A stretch of DNA of 64,000 bases, from assembly GCA_902784465.1 (NCBI GenBank), contig CACZUZ010000008.1, forward strand, positions 2,963-66,962. The letters run 5' to 3'. Every line of letters starts with the position of its first letter. Positions within the stretch are counted from its first letter, which is position 1. A model generated the notes under the pieces. The model made no database searches. It saw nothing but the letters and a program-made list of their open reading frames with translations, and had not been told where the DNA came from. The position numbers and the translations under genes are program-made. Source of the DNA: an uncultured Bacteroidota bacterium (GTDB lineage Bacteria > Bacteroidota > Bacteroidia > Bacteroidales > P3). Positions 27,895-34,863 of this stretch are shown one piece after another.

Positions 27895-30486
27895 ATGCGA
27901 CTTAGACCACTGATATTGTTTGCCGTGATGGCAATGATGGCAAACCTTGCAAACGCCCAGAAAGGCGAGATTTCGGGTAAAGTTATCGACAAACAGAGCA
28001 ACAAGGGTGTGGAGTATGCCTCTGTTGTGCTGCTCAACCCCAAAGACAGCAGCATGGTGCATGGCATCGGCGCCGTCACATCGGGCAACGGCACGTTCAG
28101 CATCTCGGCTCCCTACGGCAGCTATCTGGTGCGTGTATCGTTTATGGGCTACGCCACCTACATACACCCCACGAAAGTGTCCATCAGCCAGAAACAGCCC
28201 ATCGCACAGCTGGGCAAACTGGTCATCTCGCCCAGCTCCGCGGCTCTCGACGCGGTGGTGGTGACGGCTCAGCGTACCATGGTTGAATACCAACTCGACA
28301 AACGTGTGGTCAATGTCGACAAAAACATTGTCTCGGGCGGTGGCACCGCCACGGATGTGCTGGAGCAGGTGCCCAGCGTGGCCATCGACAACGACGGCAA
28401 CGTGACGCTCCGCGGCTCGTCGAACGTCAAAGTGCTGGTCAACGGCCGACCCAGCGAGCTGCTCGCCAGCGACCTCAGCACACTGCTGGAGCAAATCCCA
28501 GCCACCACTGTCGAAAGCGTGGAAGTCATCACCAACCCCTCGGCCAAGTACGACCCCGAAGGCATGAGCGGCATCATCAACATCAAACTCAAGGACAAGA
28601 CTGCCGGAGCCTTGGGCCTCAACGGAGTGGCCAACCTCAACATGGGTGCTCCCCTACCCTTCGCCATACCCGACCGATTGGCCGACATGAATACTGGCAG
28701 CCCCATCTCAAAGCTGATTCCCACCCTGATGGGCAACGTAAGCCTCAACTATTCGACCGAGAAATACAGCATTTTCTTCAATGCCGATGCTGGCCTTCAG
28801 CAACGTGGCAACCGCAGCAACTCGGACATCGAGTACCTTACCCCTGCCAAAAAGACCATCACTCACAACGACATAGACCAGTACAGCCTGAACCCTAACC
28901 GCATGGGCAGCATCAAAGTGGGTGGCGAGTACTACTTCAACGACAAGAACAGCCTGCTTCTGTCGTACCAGCTGCGGGGCGGCATACGCGAACGCAACAG
29001 CAACATCTTCGCCACCGACATACTCTATGACGACTCGCTCCACTATAACCAGACGGCAACAAGCGAGAACAGCAACACCAACCACTCTTTCAACCTGCTG
29101 TACACCAAGAAATTCGACCGCAAGGACGAGGAGCTGACCCTGGATGCCACCTTCAGCACACGCCAGATGGGCGGCGAGGGTGAACAGGAGCAACTATACA
29201 ATGACATGGCTGCCAACTACGAGAACTACTACATGCGCCGAAGCGTCACCGAGAACCATCATCAAGCCCTTAACATCAAGCTCAACTGGCTGCGCCCCAT
29301 CGACACCCTCTTCGGCAGGGCCGGTTGGCGACTCGAAAGCGGCTACGAGGGTCGCATGGACTGGCCCGACCAGCAAGCCGACTACTACCGCACCGTATAC
29401 AACACCGGCAACAGCCTGTACGACTACTACGACTCTCTGTCGTCGACCCATTTCGACTATCGCCAGCAGGTGCACGCCATCTATGCCACCCTCGGCGGCA
29501 ACCTCACCAATGCGCTGTCACTCCAGGCCGGTCTACGCGGCGAGTATGCAAGCATCTACGGCCACGACCTGTACCATCCTCAGACGGCAGCCATCGACAA
29601 GCCCTACTGGCAGCTCTACCCTACCCTGCACCTCTCCTACAAGATTAACGAGCAGCAGAGCGCCCAGCTGAGCTACAGCCGCCGCGTGCATCGTCCCCAC
29701 ATGTGGGACCTCAACCCCTACATGGACATCCGCGAGGACAACCAGATGAGTTTCGGCAACCCCAACCTCGACCCCGAATACACCAATGCCTACGAACTGA
29801 GCTACAACCTGGGCATCGACAAGGTGAACATCTTCACCTCGCTCTACTACCGCCAAACCAACAACATGATAACCCACTACGGTTTCACATGGTGTTACGA
29901 CAGCGTGGCACGCTACGCATGGTGGGAGCCATACAATGATCAATACGACGGCTACCGCGCATCGACACGCCTCAACCTCAGCACGGGCTACAACTACGGC
30001 ATGGAATTCATCTTCGACTGGCAGATGTTCAAGTGGTGGAAACTCAACGTCAGCGTCAACCTGTACCAGAGCTACATAGAGGGTACCGAGCTGCTCAACA
30101 ACCAGAGCAGTGCCTCGTTCCAGGCCAGCGGCAAGTTCACCTCGTTCATGACGCTGCCCAAGGATTGGACCATCCAGCTCAGCGGCCAGTATTGGGCTCC
30201 CTGGCTCGACCTGCAGACCAAGATGGATCCCAGCTACTGGCTTGACTTGGCCGTGAAAAAGGATGTGTTCCAGAAACGAGGCACCATCAACCTTCGCGTG
30301 AGCGATGTGCTATGCACGGGCGGATGGGGCCACACCACCTACAGCGACACCTTCAACCGCGTTGTCAAGGCCAAACGCCTGTCGCCGGTTGTGACCATAG
30401 GCTTCAGCTGGAAAATCAACAACGGTTTGAAACAAAAAATGCAGCAGGAGGGTGAAGAAGGTGGCGACGAAAGCACAATATACTGA
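27895..30486 (+). CDS. TonB-dependent-receptor-like outer-membrane beta-barrel protein (CarboxypepD_reg N-domain)
   Basis: Inner ATG at 27895 gives signal peptide MRLRPLILFAVMAMMANLANAQ. It has a GKVIDKQSNKGVEYASVVLLN carboxypeptidase-regulatory-like domain, a plug-like region, and a long Y/N/S-rich barrel ending ..GFSWKI. Confidence 0.8.
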   Translation: MRLRPLILFAVMAMMANLANAQKGEISGKVIDKQSNKGVEYASVVLLNPKDSSMVHGIGAVTSGNGTFSISAPYGSYLVRVSFMGYATYIHPTKVSISQKQPIAQLGKLVISPSSAALDAVVVTAQRTMVEYQLDKRVVNVDKNIVSGGGTATDVLEQVPSVAIDNDGNVTLRGSSNVKVLVNGRPSELLASDLSTLLEQIPATTVESVEVITNPSAKYDPEGMSGIINIKLKDKTAGALGLNGVANLNMGAPLPFAIPDRLADMNTGSPISKLIPTLMGNVSLNYSTEKYSIFFNADAGLQQRGNRSNSDIEYLTPAKKTITHNDIDQYSLNPNRMGSIKVGGEYYFNDKNSLLLSYQLRGGIRERNSNIFATDILYDDSLHYNQTATSENSNTNHSFNLLYTKKFDRKDEELTLDATFSTRQMGGEGEQEQLYNDMAANYENYYMRRSVTENHHQALNIKLNWLRPIDTLFGRAGWRLESGYEGRMDWPDQQADYYRTVYNTGNSLYDYYDSLSSTHFDYRQQVHAIYATLGGNLTNALSLQAGLRGEYASIYGHDLYHPQTAAIDKPYWQLYPTLHLSYKINEQQSAQLSYSRRVHRPHMWDLNPYMDIREDNQMSFGNPNLDPEYTNAYELSYNLGIDKVNIFTSLYYRQTNNMITHYGFTWCYDSVARYAWWEPYNDQYDGYRASTRLNLSTGYNYGMEFIFDWQMFKWWKLNVSVNLYQSYIEGTELLNNQSSASFQASGKFTSFMTLPKDWTIQLSGQYWAPWLDLQTKMDPSYWLDLAVKKDVFQKRGTINLRVSDVLCTGGWGHTTYSDTFNRVVKAKRLSPVVTIGFSWKINNGLKQKMQQEGEEGGDESTIY

Positions 30487-30901
30487 GCCACAGATACGCC
30501 AACTCCACGACGGACGGGCAGAGATACTCGACCCTGTACGCCGCCGCTGGGTTGCACTGACTCCCGAAGAGTGGGTACGCCAGCACGCCATAGCGTTTTT
30601 GCATGACCGGTGTGGCTACCCACTCGAACTGATGCAGGTGGAGGCGGCCATAACACTTAACGGACTGACACGCCGTTGCGACATCGTGGTATACGACAAA
30701 AGCTGCCATCCCTGGATGATAGTGGAATGCAAGAAAGAGGAGGTGCCGATAACGCAGAAAGTCGTAGACCAGGCATCGCGCTACAACCTCGTCCTGAGGG
30801 TCCCCTACCTTCTGCTCACCAACGGACGGCAGCAGCTATGCCTTCAGGTCGACACCAAAACTCAGTCTCTCTCTCAAGTCAATCTCCCTCAGCACGAATA
30901 G
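30452..30901 (+). CDS. type I restriction enzyme HsdR N-terminal-domain-like protein (stand-alone)
   Basis: 149 aa with a GTG start. Typical family pattern: LDPVRRRWVALTPEEWVRQH...L....GYP..L...E..I.....R.DIVVY......P.MIVECK. Confidence 0.7.
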   Translation: MKKVATKAQYTEPQIRQLHDGRAEILDPVRRRWVALTPEEWVRQHAIAFLHDRCGYPLELMQVEAAITLNGLTRRCDIVVYDKSCHPWMIVECKKEEVPITQKVVDQASRYNLVLRVPYLLLTNGRQQLCLQVDTKTQSLSQVNLPQHE

Positions 30902-30936
30902 TTATACAAACATTAAACCCATTAAACCTCATTATA

Positions 30937-32064
30937 ATGAAAAGAAACACCCTCATATTCGCAATCGCCTTTGTCGCCCTCACTTTTTCGGCACAGGCTC
31001 AGACGCTGGTGGGCTACCGCAGCCCTAACCCCGGCACTGGAAACATCGGCTACAAAATGGCCATCGAGCCGCAATTCGACTACATCGCCCTCGACTTCTC
31101 CGAAGGCATGGCATGCGTCCGCTTCAAAATGAACGAGTTCCACACCTACATCGACACCACGGGCAAACCAGTCTTCGACAAGAAATACGTCAACGTGGGT
31201 CCTTTCAGCAACGGCTACGCTGCCGTCGAGGTGGAACCGGGCAGTGCTAACTACTCTTTCATCGACCATAAAGGCAAACCCCTCACCGATCAGACTTACA
31301 GAATGCCCCACGACTTTAGCGAAGGGTACGCAGTTATTAAGGTCGACGTCTCCGGTGGCGGCCACTACAGATACAACTACATGGACTCCGAAGGAAAACT
31401 GGTGGGCGAACCCCGTTTCCTCGCTGCCAACAACTTCAGTGAAGGCCATGCCGCCGTACAAGGATCCAACAAAAACTGGATGGTGCTCAACAAACGCTTC
31501 GTGGCCAGCGCAAGCAACCTCCCATACGAGGAAATCAACGAGTTCCACGAAGGTCTGGCCCGCGTCAGAATCGGCGAACGCTACGGCTTCATCGACACCC
31601 TCGGCAACCTGAAAATCCCTATGACCGACGACTATTGCGACTACTCCTTCTCGGAGGGACTCTGCTTGATTAAACGCGCAGGACGCTTCGGATACATGGA
31701 CATGACTGGCAAAGTCGTCATCCCCTGCCGCTTCACCTATGCCGAAGCCTTCTCCTGCAGCCGCGCCGTGGTGAGTGAATCGGCTCCCGATGAGTCGGGC
31801 ATGATAACCGAACGCGGCGTGATTGACCATAACGGCAAATTCGTCATCGAAGAGAAAAAATTCGACTTCATCGAAACGTTCTCCGAGGACTATGCAATCG
31901 TATCCAAAGACGGGAAAAAAGGTTTCATCAATGTCAACGGCAAAGTGGTCATCCCGATGATCTACGAGAACGCTCGCCCCTTCCACGAGGGCTATGCCGC
32001 CGTCAGGGTAGACCGCAAATGGGGCTTCCTCAAACTCGACCGCACCGGCGAAAAACCATTCTAG
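30937..32064 (+). CDS. WG-repeat (KWG) secreted protein, paralogue 1
   Basis: Inner ATG at 30937 gives signal peptide MKRNTLIFAIAFVALTFSAQAQ. The F.EG.A.V....K.G.ID..GK..IP units are repeated. The paralogue at 45816..46946 is closely similar. Confidence 0.8.
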   Translation: MKRNTLIFAIAFVALTFSAQAQTLVGYRSPNPGTGNIGYKMAIEPQFDYIALDFSEGMACVRFKMNEFHTYIDTTGKPVFDKKYVNVGPFSNGYAAVEVEPGSANYSFIDHKGKPLTDQTYRMPHDFSEGYAVIKVDVSGGGHYRYNYMDSEGKLVGEPRFLAANNFSEGHAAVQGSNKNWMVLNKRFVASASNLPYEEINEFHEGLARVRIGERYGFIDTLGNLKIPMTDDYCDYSFSEGLCLIKRAGRFGYMDMTGKVVIPCRFTYAEAFSCSRAVVSESAPDESGMITERGVIDHNGKFVIEEKKFDFIETFSEDYAIVSKDGKKGFINVNGKVVIPMIYENARPFHEGYAAVRVDRKWGFLKLDRTGEKPF

Positions 32065-32087
32065 TCTAATTGAGAATTTAAAATTGT

Positions 32088-33293
32088 ATGAAAAAAATAT
32101 TCTTTCTTTTGATTGCCGCGCTGATGTGCAACGCCGCATCGGCAATAACCATGCCAAGGCACATCTATGTGGCTGGACAAAACGGCAAAGAGGTGGTGGT
32201 ACACAACTGCATCACCCGCGAAACTAAGACTGTCCACGGCTACCTCCGCAACATCGGGGTGGACAACAGCGGCAACGTATATATCTTGGTATGCAACACC
32301 GAAAACGGCTGGGGCAACTACTACGTCTACAAAAACTGCAACCCGCAGATCTACCTCTCGCTCGTCGAGGACCAAGGGGGCATTTACTCCAGTGCAGCGA
32401 TGCGCGTGAAGGGCAACGACGTGATTGTGGCAGGCGTGCAGTCAAAGGGCTTCAACAACAAGGGCTACCAGTCACGCATGATGGGCTACGTCAACGGACA
32501 AAGGCTGTTCATCACCGGCTACGACCGCAAGTCGCTGAAATATGACAACTTCGGTGGCTACCAGAAAGTGATTGGCAAGAGTCTTCAGGGCTACGGCCAG
32601 GAGAACAACTCCGGCAACCCGCAGGGCGACTACCTTTCCTGTGTCTATCATGTAGATGACGTCGACTATTCGGGCGGAGCCATCTACACTACCGGCTGGG
32701 GCGAACGCGAATACTCCGACAAGATTGGCACCACAAAGTATTATCTTGTACGCCGCTGCCCCCGCGTCTGGAAGAACGGTGCCGAAGTGGTAGCACAATA
32801 TGAGAACCGCACGGGTGCAGCTTGGAACATCTACGTCTTCAACCAAGGCGGCAAAGAGTACATCTACACCAGCGGCCACCAACGCAGCCAGGCCTGCGCC
32901 TGGGAACACAACGTTGACCAGTTCAGAAACAACTACTCTCCCTATCCCGGGGTACTTGGCGAAGCTACCTTCGCCGCAGGAATGTCTGACAATGTCCCAC
33001 GATTCGGCCGTGCCTTCCTCTGCAGCAGAAACGTCGGACTCTCCATGATAGAACTCATCTTTATGGAGAACAACAAACAAATCCATACCCAGAGCTGGGG
33101 GCAGAATGCCGACGTCTCCGACATCGTGGCAGGAAAAGACGGATTCTACATCGTCCAAACCGACCATACCAACACCAAAGAGGTGCATTGCTGGAAAAAA
33201 TGCAACGGAATCAGCTTCGCTGAAGAAGGATTCGTCTGCAGACTCCCCGGCGACGTGAAACTGACAAACCCCAAACTCGCAGTGTGCGAGTGA
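32088..33293 (+). CDS. secreted hypothetical protein (repeat-rich, beta-propeller-like)
   Basis: 401 aa with signal peptide MKKIFFLLIAALMCNAASA. Y/G/N-rich repeated blocks are present. No family recognised. Confidence 0.55.
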   Translation: MKKIFFLLIAALMCNAASAITMPRHIYVAGQNGKEVVVHNCITRETKTVHGYLRNIGVDNSGNVYILVCNTENGWGNYYVYKNCNPQIYLSLVEDQGGIYSSAAMRVKGNDVIVAGVQSKGFNNKGYQSRMMGYVNGQRLFITGYDRKSLKYDNFGGYQKVIGKSLQGYGQENNSGNPQGDYLSCVYHVDDVDYSGGAIYTTGWGEREYSDKIGTTKYYLVRRCPRVWKNGAEVVAQYENRTGAAWNIYVFNQGGKEYIYTSGHQRSQACAWEHNVDQFRNNYSPYPGVLGEATFAAGMSDNVPRFGRAFLCSRNVGLSMIELIFMENNKQIHTQSWGQNADVSDIVAGKDGFYIVQTDHTNTKEVHCWKKCNGISFAEEGFVCRLPGDVKLTNPKLAVCE

Positions 33294-33302
33294 GAAGGAT
33301 TT

Positions 33303-33401
33303 ATGCAAACCGAACGCATCTTACTGCGTCCGTGGCATGATGACGATGCTGCGGCGCTATACAAATATGCCTCCAACCCCGAAGTGATTGTCCCCCAGTA
33401 A
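33303..33401 (+). pseudogene. 3'-truncated GNAT (RimJ/RimL-type) N-acetyltransferase gene
   Basis: It encodes MQTERILLRPWHDDDAAALYKYASNPEV then IVPQ-stop. The first 28 aa parallel MQTERLTLRPWMDSDAESLFKYASDPEV inside the intact GNAT at 50105..51271. Only 32 codons remain. Confidence 0.65.
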
Positions 33402-33404
33402 TGA

Positions 33405-33526
33405 AAAACAGGGTGTCAAGCAAAACAGGACAGCTGTAAACAAAAACAGGTAAATGTGATGCTAAGTGTAAACCCAAACCGTGACGTTGTAAACCAGATT
33501 AGGAATATGATGCAAACAATGTAAAC
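33405..33526. repeat. array of AAAACAGG and TGTAAAC short direct repeats at the island left junction
   Basis: AAAACAGG occurs at 33405, 33422 and 33443. TGTAAAC occurs at 33435, 33467, 33488 and 33520, with spacings of 32/21/32 nt. TGCAAAC occurs at 33511. Confidence 0.75.
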
Positions 33527-33597
33527 CAATTTAGTTTTGCTGTGGCGTCGGCTCGGCCGACAACCATTCCAAATCTGTCAACCAATTTCAGGGAAAG

Positions 33598-34548
33598 TCA
33601 GTCGCTTACCAACAGGCGCATTTCGCGTTCTCGGTAGATTTCAAATTCTTTCTCTGCTTTTTCTATAGCCTCTTGATGTGATACAGTACCATTGCCTTCT
33701 AAGATATTTTTTCTCAATCGCAATATATGGTCATCTAAAGCAGCAATCCAATCCGCCATAGTCATCGGATTTTGCTCCAACGCCTGAAATTCAGCATAGT
33801 CGAGGAACTGAGAGGTAAGCAGATTCAGCCGTTGCAGTTCCAATTCCGAGAGGTAGTTTTTGGCTATCTTCACATCGTCACGCGTCACGTAGTTACCCTT
33901 GAAGTTGGTCATGCCAACAAAAGGTTTCTCATTATCCACACGATCATAAATCAGCTCTGCTGCCGTATGTTCATGCACGGCATAGTGCATCTTATTCTGA
34001 ACGGTAGCAAAGAACAGCTTCGTCATCTTGGCCCTTGGGTCATAGTCGGTCGATGTGGCATAGATATCCGTAACCTGCTGATAGAAGTTACGTTCGCTGC
34101 TGCGGATGTCGCGGATACGCTGCAAGAGTTCCTTGAAGTATCGGTTGCCACCTTGCTTTAGTCGCTCATCGTCCATCGTAAAGCCCTTTTGAATATACTC
34201 ATGCAACCGTTGAGTAGCCCAGCGACGGAAGCGTACGGCAATGGGCGACTGAACACGGTAACCAAGGGCAATAATCATGTCCAAATTGTAATAGGTTATA
34301 TCTCGTTGCACTTGACGTTTGCCCTCCTGTCGAACTGTCAAGAAATTCTTTACAGTTCGATTCTCCTCCAATTCACCATCGGCCAAAACATTGTCAATAT
34401 GCTGACTTACATTCTGTTTTGTAGTGCAATAGATTTCAGCCAGCTGCTGCTGCGTCAGCCACACATCCTCGTCAGCAAAGCGCACGTTCACATTCACCTT
34501 GCCTTCATCATCCTTATAGAGTATCAGTTTGTTCTCTTTCTCTGCCAT
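33598..34548 (-). CDS. RhuM-family virulence/defence-island protein
   Basis: 316 aa. The RhuM pattern holds throughout: ILYKDDEGKV.V.VRF.DE.VWLTQQQLAE.Y, Y.NLDMIIALGYRV.S..A..FR.WAT..L.EY..KGF, ERNFYQ and TDIYATS.DYD. Confidence 0.85.
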   Translation of the reverse strand: MAEKENKLILYKDDEGKVNVNVRFADEDVWLTQQQLAEIYCTTKQNVSQHIDNVLADGELEENRTVKNFLTVRQEGKRQVQRDITYYNLDMIIALGYRVQSPIAVRFRRWATQRLHEYIQKGFTMDDERLKQGGNRYFKELLQRIRDIRSSERNFYQQVTDIYATSTDYDPRAKMTKLFFATVQNKMHYAVHEHTAAELIYDRVDNEKPFVGMTNFKGNYVTRDDVKIAKNYLSELELQRLNLLTSQFLDYAEFQALEQNPMTMADWIAALDDHILRLRKNILEGNGTVSHQEAIEKAEKEFEIYREREMRLLVSD

Positions 34549-34571
34549 ATTATATAAAGAATTTTATTTCG

Positions 34572-34724
34572 TTAAAAATGTTTGCTAATATCCGGTATCC
34601 CGACATCGAACAGTTGAGCCATTGCCTTTTGTGTAGCCCATATCGTCTCATCCTTGATGACAACCTGCACCTTACCCTCATCATCGGGCAGTTGGTACAG
34701 TATAAACTGTATTTATTGGTTCAT
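34572..34724 (-). pseudogene. remnant of a second RhuM-like gene (N-terminal ~45 codons, in-frame stop at codon 4)
   Basis: The minus strand reads MNQ-stop-IQFILYQLPDDEGKVQVVIKDETIWATQKAMAQLFDVGIPDISKHF-stop. This parallels the N-terminus of the intact RhuM gene next door. Confidence 0.5.
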
Positions 34725-34863
34725 ATTCTTATTATGTCCTTATTTCATCCGATATTACATCTTACTTCATCCATCTCAGTTCACCTCAAATATCATTAAT
34801 TCTCTCTACCTATCTGCTATGGCCCGCGAGCTTGATGAGCGAACGGGCTCTAAATCCTAAACT

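Noticed and set aside
30676-30936. N-terminal 87-codon extension of the WG-repeat ORF in the track (start 30676)
   Set aside because: The extension overlaps the HsdR_N-like gene in another frame and is Arg/Pro-rich. The inner ATG at 30937 gives a canonical signal peptide.
30922-32157. 411-aa ORF antisense to the first WG-repeat gene (and 45900..46904 antisense to the second)
   Set aside because: Both are mirror ORFs of the sense WG-repeat genes, which have signal peptides and repeat motifs. No independent evidence supports them.
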